Numbered from the stretch's first letter, positions 44,997 to 54,539 are shown. The stretch: DNA of 64,000 bases from Clostridiales bacterium (GCA_016278505.1 JADQBQ010000019.1:5098-69097), one strand, 5' to 3'. Program-made: numbers and translations. The notes: generated from the sequence alone by a model not told the origin.

Positions 44997-45241
44997 ACTA
45001 GGCCCTTAAATTTTAACGAATATGGTTTACTAAATATCTCTTTTTTGTTCACAATTTGGTCACTTGTTAGTGGTAAAATTAGGTGTATCACTACGAGTAA
45101 GGTAATTGAATGTTTAAAAGGGAGAAAAAAAAGAGTAATATTATTACTAAAAAGTTGTTTAGTGGCGTACAAGTTACCAGAAAAGATTTAATTTGGATTT
45201 TTAAAAAAATTATTATTATGTAGGCTAAGGGGTGATAAACC

Positions 45242-45931
45242 ATGGCCAACCATACCATTTTGGTGGTTGAAGATGAAGAGAGAGTGCAGCAGTTGGTAAA
45301 ATTGTATTTAGAGAAAGAGGGTTTTACCGTAGATATGGCCTTTGACGGAAAGGAAGCTGTAAAAAAGGCCAGGTCAGGCCTGCCTGATTTAATCTTACTG
45401 GACATTATGCTGCCTGAAATGGATGGCTGGGAGGTTTGTAAAGAACTAAGGAAGACTATGTCCACACCCATTATCATGCTCACCGCCAGGGGAGATGAAT
45501 TCGACCGGGTAATGGGGCTGGAACTGGGGGCGGACGATTACATAGCCAAGCCCTTCAGTCCCCGGGAAATGGTGGCCCGGGTGAAGGCTGTGCTCCGGCG
45601 GACAGCCGCCGGAGCACAGAATGGTTCGAAGGTGCTTGATTTTAACGAGTTGTGTATTAACTACACCAGTAGGACAGTAGAGATTAAGGGTAATATAATA
45701 GAAATGCCGCCCAAAGAATTTGAACTTTTATGGTTTCTGGCCGGTCACTGCGGCCAGGTTTTTTCCAGGGAACAATTGCTGCACAGTATTTGGGGGTATA
45801 GCTATGTCGGTGACCCCCGTACAGTGGACACGCATATTAAGCGGCTGCGGGAAAAGTTGACCCAGGCCCGGGAAGTTTGCTCGATAAAAACCGTTTGGGG
45901 TTACGGGTATAAATTCGAGGTTGTGGGTTAA
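45242..45931 (+). CDS. OmpR/PhoB-family response regulator
   Basis: Receiver domain (DLILLDIMLPEMDG) plus a winged-helix output (TVDTHIKRLREKL). Confidence 0.9.
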   Translation: MANHTILVVEDEERVQQLVKLYLEKEGFTVDMAFDGKEAVKKARSGLPDLILLDIMLPEMDGWEVCKELRKTMSTPIIMLTARGDEFDRVMGLELGADDYIAKPFSPREMVARVKAVLRRTAAGAQNGSKVLDFNELCINYTSRTVEIKGNIIEMPPKEFELLWFLAGHCGQVFSREQLLHSIWGYSYVGDPRTVDTHIKRLREKLTQAREVCSIKTVWGYGYKFEVVG

Positions 45932-47694
45932 TGTTTAAAAGCCTTTTTAGTAAATTAATGTCCTCATATCTACTGGTTGTATTATCTACACTGTTGGTTT
46001 TAGGTATACTTATCTCCCACCTTTTTTCCAGTTACTACTATTCATCCAGTGAACAAGAATTAAAGGATAAGGGACTGGAAATGGCCGGCGTGATGAGTGA
46101 CTATATGGAGCAGGGACAGTCCGTGGAAGAAATTCTGGCTGTCACGGGCAGCCTGGTGAATGCTCGAGTGTTCTGGGTGCAGCGGCAGGCGCTTGATTTT
46201 GCGCAGCGCGGGCGCATACACGGGCTGAGGTTGGATCGTGTTGAAGTAGAGCAAATTTTAAAGGGCGAAGTAATAACCAAACAGGCATTTATGTCCCGTT
46301 TTAACCAGGCTATGATTTCGGTAGCCGTTCCCGTGAGAGTTAATAGTAGTATCGCCGGTGCGTTATTCCTTTTTACGCCTGTTGCCGATATTACAGATAC
46401 CATATCGGCAGTGCGCAAGCTAATATTTTGGGCCGCCCTCCCCACCATACTTTTTGCTGTTATTATTGGCTATTTTCTATCTCGCTCCGTTTCCCGCCCG
46501 CTACAAGACATGAGTTTGGCCAGCCGGGCCATGGCTGAAGGTGACTTTCAGCAGCGGATTAATGTATCTTCGCAGGATGAGGTGGGGCAGCTGGCTCGAA
46601 GTTTTAACCACTTGGCAGGGGCCTTAGATAACACCATTAATGATCTATCAAAGGAAAAGGAAAAAATGGAAAGTGTGTTGGCCAACATGGCGGAAGGGGT
46701 TATAGCCATTGACCCCGGTTGCAGGGTTATTGCCGCAAACCGGCAGGCTATTGAAACTTTCGGCTTTGATCAAAGTACTTTAAGCCAGGTGCTGGCGGAA
46801 ACTTCTCTACCGGATGAAGTACAGGTACTATTTAATCAAGTATTAGTATCAGGGGAAACAAAAAGTATTGAAATTACTTTAAACAACGGTAAATTATTTC
46901 TTCTCGCCCATGTATCACCGCTGCGAGAAACCGGTGCCGGCGTATTTGGCGCGGTGGGTGTTTTCCATGACATTACCGATCTCCGGCGCCTGGAACAAAT
47001 GCGCCGGGATCTGGTGGCCAATGTTTCCCACGAACTGCGAACGCCCTTAACTTCTGTGCAGGGGTTTGTTGAGGCCATGCTGGACGGTACTATAGAGGGC
47101 GAAGAGGATAAATCAATTTATCTTAACATTATCCACCAGGAAACTATACGGCTTAACCGGCTTATTCATGATCTGTTGGACCTGGCCTCCATGGAATCCG
47201 GGAAGACATCCTGGGAAATAAACGCGGTAGATGTAAGTGAATTAATAAGCCGGGTAGTGGCCAGGCTACAGCCGCAGCTTAAGCGCCGGCTGCTTACTGT
47301 TAAAAGAGAAATCCCTGCCGCTTTACCCTTGTTGTTGGCCAACGAAGATCGGGTGGAACAAGTCCTAACCAATCTAATTGGTAACGCCGTTCAGTTTTCT
47401 CCTGAAGGCGAAAGTATTACGATTGAGGTGCAGGCCGTACAGGGTGAAATAACAATAAGTGTAGTTGATCGCGGCTCCGGCATTGCGGAAGAAGAGTTGC
47501 CATTTATCTGGGAGCGATTCCACCGGGTGGATAAATCGCGTTCCCGGGCCCTGGGCGGTACCGGCCTGGGCCTTGCCATAACCAAACAAATTATAGAGGC
47601 CCACGGCGGAAGAGTGGGAGTCCGGAGCGAATCAGGCCGGGGTTCTGTCTTTAGCTTTACCCTGCCGGCGGTGCCGGGGAAAGAACCAGAGTAA
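45931..47694 (+). CDS. sensor histidine kinase (TM-HAMP-PAS-HisKA-HATPase)
   Basis: H-box VSHELRTPLTSV, N-box LIGNAVQFSP and G-box GTGLGLAITK. The start overlaps the response regulator stop (TAATG). Confidence 0.9.
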   Translation: MFKSLFSKLMSSYLLVVLSTLLVLGILISHLFSSYYYSSSEQELKDKGLEMAGVMSDYMEQGQSVEEILAVTGSLVNARVFWVQRQALDFAQRGRIHGLRLDRVEVEQILKGEVITKQAFMSRFNQAMISVAVPVRVNSSIAGALFLFTPVADITDTISAVRKLIFWAALPTILFAVIIGYFLSRSVSRPLQDMSLASRAMAEGDFQQRINVSSQDEVGQLARSFNHLAGALDNTINDLSKEKEKMESVLANMAEGVIAIDPGCRVIAANRQAIETFGFDQSTLSQVLAETSLPDEVQVLFNQVLVSGETKSIEITLNNGKLFLLAHVSPLRETGAGVFGAVGVFHDITDLRRLEQMRRDLVANVSHELRTPLTSVQGFVEAMLDGTIEGEEDKSIYLNIIHQETIRLNRLIHDLLDLASMESGKTSWEINAVDVSELISRVVARLQPQLKRRLLTVKREIPAALPLLLANEDRVEQVLTNLIGNAVQFSPEGESITIEVQAVQGEITISVVDRGSGIAEEELPFIWERFHRVDKSRSRALGGTGLGLAITKQIIEAHGGRVGVRSESGRGSVFSFTLPAVPGKEPE

Positions 47695-47887
47695 TTTTTT
47701 CAAACCAATACAACCACCATTTCCTTTAAGGACTCCAACAAATCCTCGTTCCCCGGTTCCCAAATGACAGGGCATTCCTCTAGCTTTTTCCTCCCTTTTT
47801 TGATTTTGAACTTCAGTTAATAAATCAATTGTTATATAATTATAGTATAAAAGTAAATACCTTCCAACTATTTTTAACAAACACCCA

Positions 47888-47916
47888 TTGACAATATTCA
47901 AACATAAGAATATTAT
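47888..47916 (+). promoter_or_regulatory. promoter with an overlapping inverted repeat (ArsR operator candidate)
   Basis: TTGACA, a 17-nt spacer, then TATTAT. The inverted repeat AATATTC-N8-GAATATT (47893-47914) spans the spacer. Confidence 0.55.
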
Positions 47917-47949
47917 TATATAATCATGACTAATAAGGAGATGGGAAAG

Positions 47950-48345
47950 ATGAGTATAGATAATTACGTCAAGATTTTTAAAGCTTTGGGCGAGCCCTCG
48001 CGATTACGAATGTTAAAACTATTGTCGGTAAGACCCATGTACGTGTGTGAGCTGGAAAAGGTACTGCAAATGAGCCAGCCTAGAATATCCCAGCACCTGA
48101 GGGTTATGAAACATGCCGGGCTGGTAAAGGAACGCAAGGAGGCCCAGCGTACCTTTTACGCCATTAAAATTGATTACCTTGATGAACAGTTTAAAGAATT
48201 GCTGGAATTCTTCCATGCAGATTTGGAAAGACTGCCGCTTTTTACCGAGGAATACCAGCGGTTTAAAGAGCTGGAGGAAGATTCCGGGGTGGCGCAATGT
48301 AAGGAAGGAAAAACAGAGACGGTAAAAATGGAGCAGGAGGCATAA
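47950..48345 (+). CDS. ArsR/SmtB-family transcriptional regulator
   Basis: FKALGEPSRLRMLKLL....CELEKVLQMSQPRISQHLRVMKHAGLV. ATG at 47950 lies 9 nt after AAGGAG. Confidence 0.85.
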   Translation: MSIDNYVKIFKALGEPSRLRMLKLLSVRPMYVCELEKVLQMSQPRISQHLRVMKHAGLVKERKEAQRTFYAIKIDYLDEQFKELLEFFHADLERLPLFTEEYQRFKELEEDSGVAQCKEGKTETVKMEQEA

Positions 48346-48351
48346 ACCAAA

Positions 48352-49341
48352 ATGCTTGAGGCGGCAAAATTCATAAGCAGAAACATGATAAAATTTCTAG
48401 TGCTGGTCATTTTAATCGGGATATGCATTGGTTATTATTTCCCGGCTCTGGGACCGTCCATTCAACCGCTGGTACCGTTCTCCCTGTTCTTCATGCTTTA
48501 TCCTATGATGATTGGGATAAAAATCGAAGAGGTTGGTAATGCGGCCCGGCGTTGGAAACTGCTGGGCGTATCAATGATATTTAATTATCTCGTTTCCCCC
48601 CTTCTGGGCGCGGTGCTGGCCACTTTATTTCTGTCACCTTACCCTGAATTTGCAGTGGGACTGATCCTGACAGCAGCGGTTCCCTGCGGTGGAATGGTGG
48701 TAGCCTGGACGGGAATGGCCAAGGGAAACATGCCCATGGCCGTCGTAATTACGGCAGTCAGCCTTCTGTCGGGCATAGCCCTAATACCGGCCTGGATGAC
48801 ATTGCTGGCTGGCAAGTATGTAGCTGTTAATCCTCTGGGTATGCTAAAGACAATATTTATAGTCATTGTAATACCATTGTTCTTGGGTAATGTTACCAGG
48901 AAGCAACTGCTTAAAAAGATGGGCAGTGAAAAGTTTATGCAGCTTAAGCCTGTATTCCCTGCGGTATCGGCCCTTGGTATGTACACCGTATTTTTTATCT
49001 CCATGACTGCAGAGGCAAGGCACCTTATACAGCACCCTGAATATCTGGCCATTATAGCGGTGCCCCTTGTAATATTCTACTTGTTGGTGTTTTCAGGATC
49101 GGTATTATACGCTAAGGTTTCTGGCATGGAATATGCAGATATGATAGCCCTCACTTTCGGTGTGGGCGGAAAAAATATATCCATCGCTCTGGCTCTGGCC
49201 CTTCTCTTTTTCGGGCCGCTGACGGTAATGATCATTGCCATTAAGCCGTTAATTCAAGTAATGTTCATGGCCGGTTTTTACAGGTTAAGCCCGCGATTGC
49301 AAAAAGTATGGCACCTAAAAGAAGCCGTTTCTTCCGGTTAA
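48352..49341 (+). CDS. SBF/ACR3-superfamily transporter (arsenic-resistance-protein-like)
   Basis: A 10-TM protein of the bile-acid:Na+ symporter/ACR3 fold. More distant from canonical ACR3 than the gene at 51853. Confidence 0.7.
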   Translation: MLEAAKFISRNMIKFLVLVILIGICIGYYFPALGPSIQPLVPFSLFFMLYPMMIGIKIEEVGNAARRWKLLGVSMIFNYLVSPLLGAVLATLFLSPYPEFAVGLILTAAVPCGGMVVAWTGMAKGNMPMAVVITAVSLLSGIALIPAWMTLLAGKYVAVNPLGMLKTIFIVIVIPLFLGNVTRKQLLKKMGSEKFMQLKPVFPAVSALGMYTVFFISMTAEARHLIQHPEYLAIIAVPLVIFYLLVFSGSVLYAKVSGMEYADMIALTFGVGGKNISIALALALLFFGPLTVMIIAIKPLIQVMFMAGFYRLSPRLQKVWHLKEAVSSG

Positions 49342-49391
49342 GGCAAGCCGGAACATATATTATAAAACTTAACAATAAGGAGATGGTATTA

Positions 49392-49631
49392 ATGGAAATT
49401 AAAGTATTGGGAACTGGCTGTAAGAAGTGTAAGGAAACTGAAAAAGCGGTACTTAAAGCAGTGGAAGAGCTGGGTATTCAGGCTGACGTGGAAAAGGTGG
49501 AGGAAATGGACAAAATAGCTGACTACAATGTTTTAATGACACCGGGACTGGTGATCAACGGAAAGGTAAAGGTAACCGGGCGGGTGCCCAAGCACAAGGA
49601 CATTCTTAAGCACATTAAGGATGAAATGTAA
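49392..49631 (+). CDS. thioredoxin-fold protein (redox-active disulfide protein 2 type)
   Basis: MEIKVLGTGCKKCKETE with a CxxC motif. ATG lies 9 nt after AAGGAG. Typical partner of DUF318 permeases. Confidence 0.8.
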   Translation: MEIKVLGTGCKKCKETEKAVLKAVEELGIQADVEKVEEMDKIADYNVLMTPGLVINGKVKVTGRVPKHKDILKHIKDEM

Positions 49632-49770
49632 AGTGGATAAAGAAAACGCATGGATTTGACCTGCCCGAGCAAGACATACAGAAAATATGCAAAAAAGTTA
49701 AGGAATTCTTTAACGTGATAGCAATTAGTTAACTATATAGAGATAAACATGGTAGTTGGGAGATGACAAT

Positions 49771-50826
49771 ATGACCTTGATGGGTGTACTGCAGAGCGGG
49801 TTTAATGAGCTTCTGGAGTACCTGTCGGCTCACGTACTTACTTGCCTGGTACCGGCGTTCTTTATTGCCGGCGGCATAGCCGCAGTGGTATCCACCGGGG
49901 CGGTGCTTAAATATTTCGGGCCCCGGGCGCCAAAGCACATGTCCTATGGTGTAGCTTCGGTGTCGGGAGCAATACTTGCTGTTTGTTCCTGCACCGTGCT
50001 ACCCCTTTTTGCCGGTATTCATAAGAAAGGGGCCGGTCTGGGCCCGGCGGTGACATTTCTTTTTTCCGGCCCGGCCGTTAATATATTGGCCATAGTGCTT
50101 ACCGCCAGAAAAATGGGCTGGGAACTGGGCGTGGCCCGGGCTATAGGAGCAGTAGTGTTTTCCATAGTAATCGGACTTTTGATGGCCTTGATCTTTAAAA
50201 AGGAAGAAGACAAAAAACAGGCCGAAAAAGGTGACGACGGCGGTATGTTTGAGGGGGAAGACGGTAAACCCGTGGGTCACCTGCTTGCCTTCTTTGGTGC
50301 TATGGTGGCCATCCTCATTTTCGGCACCGCATCCATACCACTTTGGAGTAAAATAGCCATTGTAATGGCGCTCTTAAGTTTCTTGGCCACAGTGCTTATT
50401 GCCTGGTATGACCGGGATGAAGTGCAGGACTGGCTGGTAGAGACCTGGAAGTTCGTCAAATTAATTTTCCCCATCTTGCTGGTGGGTGTGTTCGTGGCCG
50501 GAGTTCTGAAAGCGGTAATTCCCGAACAGTGGATTTCCGCCTCGGTGGGCGGTAACAGCTTCTCCTCCAATATAGTGGCCTCGGTAATTGGCGCGCTAAT
50601 GTACTTCTCCACCTTGACCGAAGTGCCCATCGTAAAAGCCCTGTTGGACATGGGTATGGGGCAGGGCCCCGCACTGGCGCTCCTCCTGGCAGGCCCGTCC
50701 TTAAGTTTACCCAACATGTTGGTGGTGAGGAATGTTATGGGGACCAAGAGAACTATAGTATACGTTTTGATAGTAGTTGTAATGGCAACGTTTACGGGCA
50801 TGATCTTCGGAAACATTGTGACTTAA
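49771..50826 (+). CDS. DUF318/ArsP-type permease
   Basis: Polytopic 352-aa protein with SGAILAVCSCTVLPLFAGI and a central acidic loop. Confidence 0.8.
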   Translation: MTLMGVLQSGFNELLEYLSAHVLTCLVPAFFIAGGIAAVVSTGAVLKYFGPRAPKHMSYGVASVSGAILAVCSCTVLPLFAGIHKKGAGLGPAVTFLFSGPAVNILAIVLTARKMGWELGVARAIGAVVFSIVIGLLMALIFKKEEDKKQAEKGDDGGMFEGEDGKPVGHLLAFFGAMVAILIFGTASIPLWSKIAIVMALLSFLATVLIAWYDRDEVQDWLVETWKFVKLIFPILLVGVFVAGVLKAVIPEQWISASVGGNSFSSNIVASVIGALMYFSTLTEVPIVKALLDMGMGQGPALALLLAGPSLSLPNMLVVRNVMGTKRTIVYVLIVVVMATFTGMIFGNIVT

Positions 50827-50835
50827 TTTTAACGC

Positions 50836-50885
50836 AAGTGGGGACGGTTCTTGCTTGCCCGGGCAAGCAAGAACCGTCCCCACTT
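50836..50885. repeat. perfect 50-nt palindrome (25 + 25 nt)
   Basis: AAGTGGGGACGGTTCTTGCTTGCCC is followed directly by its exact reverse complement. The right arm recurs at 62419-62443. Confidence 0.85.
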
Positions 50886-51114
50886 ACACAAGTTAATTTA
50901 ATCATTGATGCACATAATAAAAGAACACAACTGAAGTGAGGAAATGCTGCACTGGTGTGGAAATACATGTGTAGTTTTGGTATTAAATTTGCTTAATATA
51001 TAAATTAGAATTTATATATCTTCACCTATTAATTGCGTTCCGGAATGAAACAACTCTGGTTTATTTAATACAAAGCGCGTATTTTTTTAGAACAGTTAAT
51101 CGAGGAGGTTGAAT

Positions 51115-51667
51115 ATGACCGGCAATAAAAAGACCTTTACCGAAACCAGTTTTAAAACTCAAGGCCCGGAGGATGCTTTAGTCATTAAGTGCGAAGACGG
51201 CTGGCGCGTAATTCCCAGGGTTCCCGATGCCCAAAAATTATATATTGAGGTAACTACTGGTTAAGGCGCGTGGAGTGCAAATAGAAGTAATTACCAACGG
51301 TTCCTTGCTCTCGGAAAAAATAATTAATAAACTGGTTGACATACAGATGGATAAAATATTTATATCCCTGGACGGCCCCGACGAAGAAGAGTACTGCAAC
51401 ATAAGGCAGGGAGTTAATTTTTCCGGAGTTCTGGATAACATTAGAATATTAAACAAGATCAAAGAACGTAGAGGTGTCCGTTTCCCTGAACTGGGAATAG
51501 AGTTTGTGGCCACCAAAGACAATTACCATAAAATGCCGCAAATGGCGTCCCTGGCCTCGGAACTGGGGGCCCGTCAATTAATTATTACCAATGTACTCCC
51601 GTATAATGTAGAAATGAAAGATCAAATTCTGCAGGCAGATAATCACCTGTCCATAAGAATATTGTAA
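51115..51667 (+). pseudogene. decayed radical SAM (SPASM-type maturase-like) gene
   Basis: Fragment 1 (51115-51264) ends ..KLYIEVTTG* exactly where the CxxxCxxC motif should follow. Fragment 2 (51275-51667, different frame) resumes at IEVITNGSLL and lacks any SPASM/C-terminal domain. Confidence 0.65.
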
Positions 51668-51742
51668 TTGATAAAGGGTTGTTGTTAATATTATTATATA
51701 AGCAACAATTTATTTATGTATAATAGGGAGTGTTATTAAGAA

Positions 51743-51856
51743 ATGGCAAATTGTTGCGACCCAAAAGCACCAAGAGTTTTTCAAATCCAAGTGGGAGACG
51801 GGCCGGTCGGCATTACAAATAAAAATATATTTATATATAAGGAGGCTAAAAGATGA
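51743..51856 (+). CDS. small ORF (37 aa) with an N-terminal CC pair, coupled to acr3
   Basis: [37 protein letters not shown]. Its stop overlaps the acr3 start (ATGA). AGGGAG lies 12 nt upstream. Confidence 0.35.
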   Translation: MANCCDPKAPRVFQIQVGDGPVGITNKNIFIYKEAKR

Positions 51857-52932
51857 CGGAAACAGTTACCCGTAAACTCCCTTTTTTAGAAAGATATTTA
51901 ACTGTATGGATATTCCTAGCCATGGCAGTTGGTGTGGGTGGAGGATATATTTATCCCTCTGTCGCGGAATTCTGGGGTAAATTCCAGGTGGGAACCACAA
52001 ATATACCTATTGCCATTGGTCTCATTATTATGATGTACCCTCCGCTGGCCAAGGTGAAATACGAAGAAATTGGTAAAGCTTTTAACAATACTAAAGTAAT
52101 GGGACTTAGCCTTTTTCAAAACTGGATTGTGGGCCCCATCTTGATGTTTATATTGGCTGTGGTTTTTCTTAAGGATTACCCCGAATACATGGTGGGTGTG
52201 ATCCTGATCGGCCTGGCCCGCTGTATTGCCATGGTCATCGTGTGGAATGTACTGGCCAAGGGTGACACAGAATATGCCGCCGCTTTGGTAGCATTAAACT
52301 CCGTTTTTCAGGTACTCCTTTTTTCTGTTTACGCCTACATTTTTATTACCGTGCTTCCACAATGGCTTGGCCTCAAATCCTTGGAAATAGATATTTCCAT
52401 GGCGGAAGTGGCCAAAAGTGTATTCATCTACCTGGGCATCCCCTTCATTGCCGGCATCATAACCCGTTTCACGCTCATGCCGGCCAAAGGTAAGGAGTGG
52501 TATGAAAATAAGTTTATTCCCAAAATCAGCCCCCTCACCCTGGTAGCGTTGCTCTTTACCATCGTGGTGATGTTTTCACTAAAGGGGAGCTATATAGTAG
52601 CTTTGCCCATGGATGTATTGAGGATAGCGGTTCCACTAGTAGCCTATTTCCTTATCATGTTCTTCTTCTCATTCTTCATCAGTAAAAAGGCCGGGGTAAA
52701 CTACGAGCAGGCCACCACCTTGTCCTTTACTGCCTCCAGCAATAATTTCGAGCTGGCCATTGCAGTGGCTGTGGCGGTATTCGGCATAAATTCCGGGCAG
52801 GCACTGGCCGCGGTTGTCGGTCCCCTTATCGAAGTGCCCATAATGATCGGGCTGGTTAATGTTGCCCTGGGCTTCAAGCGTAAATATTTCGGTGACCACA
52901 TTTTTCAATCTAGTGGAACATCTAAACACTGA
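51853..52932 (+). CDS. acr3: ACR3-family arsenite efflux transporter
   Basis: [20 protein letters not shown]....[13 protein letters not shown] is the typical ACR3 N-terminus. Size 359 aa. Confidence 0.9.
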   Translation: MTETVTRKLPFLERYLTVWIFLAMAVGVGGGYIYPSVAEFWGKFQVGTTNIPIAIGLIIMMYPPLAKVKYEEIGKAFNNTKVMGLSLFQNWIVGPILMFILAVVFLKDYPEYMVGVILIGLARCIAMVIVWNVLAKGDTEYAAALVALNSVFQVLLFSVYAYIFITVLPQWLGLKSLEIDISMAEVAKSVFIYLGIPFIAGIITRFTLMPAKGKEWYENKFIPKISPLTLVALLFTIVVMFSLKGSYIVALPMDVLRIAVPLVAYFLIMFFFSFFISKKAGVNYEQATTLSFTASSNNFELAIAVAVAVFGINSGQALAAVVGPLIEVPIMIGLVNVALGFKRKYFGDHIFQSSGTSKH

Positions 52933-53106
52933 GTTATTTAACAGCATGCGGGAGAATCTTCGATGTCGTACGACTAAACGTGACTATGAGGCATGTAAAA
53001 GGATTGAGAATACTTTATGCTCACATAAAACAGCCAGATAAATATAGGCTAATTGTAGCAATAAAGAGGTAGACTCTCAATAATTTATCCAAAGGAGATA
53101 ATAACT

Positions 53107-53829
53107 TTGAAGATTGCAGTTCTGTCCGATATACATGGAAATAAACATGCCCTGGACACAGTTTTGGCTGATATACACAGCCGCGAACCAGACCTAATTG
53201 TTTGCCTGGGTGACCTGGTAGGTTACGGGGCATTTCCCGAGCAGGTGGTGCAAAACATTAAAGCAGCAGGTATTCCCACGGTTATGGGGAACTATGATGA
53301 TGGCATCGCTAACCAGCGCATGGTTTGCGGCTGTGACTATAAAGATGAAAAGGCCGCTGAATTGGGTGGTAGATCTATTACCTGGACACTGGAAAATACC
53401 GGTAAAGAAAGCAAGGACTTCATGCGGTCTTTGCCGGAAAAGATGATTGAGAAGATAGGTGATTATAAAATAATGTTTGTTCACGGCAGTCCCCGCAGGT
53501 TAAATGAATATCTTTTTGAAGACGTGCCTGCAGGAGAGATTACTTCCATGATGGAAGATGCCGGGGTCAATGTACTGGTTTGCGGCCATACCCATATCCC
53601 TTACCATCGCGTGTTGGAATCCGGCGCTCATATAATTAATGCCGGTAGTACGGGCAAGCCCAAGCACGGTGACCCGAAGGCGGTATTTGCTCTGGTAGAG
53701 GTGGATAAGGATATTGAGGTTACCTTTCTAAAAGTTCCGTATAATTACGAGGCTGCCGCCGGTGCCGTGGAAAAAGCCGGGTTGCCGGTGGAATTTGCAA
53801 ATATCATAAGGACGGGTAAAGACGATTAG
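53107..53829 (+). CDS. metallophosphoesterase family protein (YfcE/MJ0936-like)
   Basis: MKIAVLSDIHGN, GDLVGYG and GHTH motifs. TTG start with AAAGGAG upstream. Confidence 0.85.
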   Translation: MKIAVLSDIHGNKHALDTVLADIHSREPDLIVCLGDLVGYGAFPEQVVQNIKAAGIPTVMGNYDDGIANQRMVCGCDYKDEKAAELGGRSITWTLENTGKESKDFMRSLPEKMIEKIGDYKIMFVHGSPRRLNEYLFEDVPAGEITSMMEDAGVNVLVCGHTHIPYHRVLESGAHIINAGSTGKPKHGDPKAVFALVEVDKDIEVTFLKVPYNYEAAAGAVEKAGLPVEFANIIRTGKDD

Positions 53830-53847
53830 AAAAGGAGATCGGTACAA

Positions 53848-54222
53848 TTGCATTTCCAGGTTATTAAATCATATGTACTATTCTTTTTCGCTGGCCTGGC
53901 TGAAATTGCCGGGGGATATTTTATTTGGCTGTGGCTGAGAGAAGACGCCCCGCTTTACTTTGGCATTTTAGGTGACATCATTCTTGTTGCCTACGGAATT
54001 ATTCCCACGCTGCAGCATTTCCCCGATTTTGGACGCATTTATGCCGCCTACGGTGGTATTTTCATTATCATGGCCCTTTTTTGGGGATGGTGGATAGATG
54101 GGAAACAACCGGATTTCTTTGACTGGACGGGGATGCTGGTGGCACTTTTGGGTACCACAATCATACTCTGGGCACCTCGAAAACAAGGAGAAGATGATGT
54201 GCGGGAGGCCGACCAATGCTAA
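53848..54222 (+). CDS. YnfA-family (UPF0060) membrane protein, copy 1
   Basis: FAGLAEIAGGYFIWLWLRE motif with a longer acidic C-terminal tail. Confidence 0.8.
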   Translation: MHFQVIKSYVLFFFAGLAEIAGGYFIWLWLREDAPLYFGILGDIILVAYGIIPTLQHFPDFGRIYAAYGGIFIIMALFWGWWIDGKQPDFFDWTGMLVALLGTTIILWAPRKQGEDDVREADQC

Positions 54223-54539
54223 AATCAGCGCTGCTCTTTGTAGTGGCTGGCTTGGCAGAAATAGGCGGCGGCTACCTGGTCTGGCTGTGGCTGCGGGAAA
54301 AGAAGGGAGTTATGTTAGGTGCCCTTGGGGCGGTAATATTAATTTTCTATGGCATTATACCGACGCTCCAGGATTATCCTAACTTCGGGAGAATTTATGC
54401 GGCTTATGGCGGCATATTTATCGTACTTTCTCTGTTCTGGGGTTGGCTGGTGGACCGCAAAAAACCGGACCGGTGGGATTGGATCGGAAGTTTTATCTGT
54501 TTAATCGGAGCGGCTATAATCATCTGGTTTCCCAGGTAA
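54216..54539 (+). CDS. YnfA-family (UPF0060) membrane protein, copy 2
   Basis: VAGLAEIGGGYLVWLWLRE motif. Overlaps copy 1 by 7 nt. Confidence 0.8.
   Translation: MLKSALLFVVAGLAEIGGGYLVWLWLREKKGVMLGALGAVILIFYGIIPTLQDYPNFGRIYAAYGGIFIVLSLFWGWLVDRKKPDRWDWIGSFICLIGAAIIIWFPR

Noticed and set aside
47632-47901. An 89-aa minus-strand ORF covering the kinase 3' end and the arsR promoter region.
   Set aside because: It overlaps the kinase gene end and a strong promoter/operator. It has no RBS and no family similarity.
50277-50816. A 179-aa antisense ORF inside the DUF318 permease gene.
   Set aside because: It is a shadow ORF. The sense strand encodes the recognisable permease.
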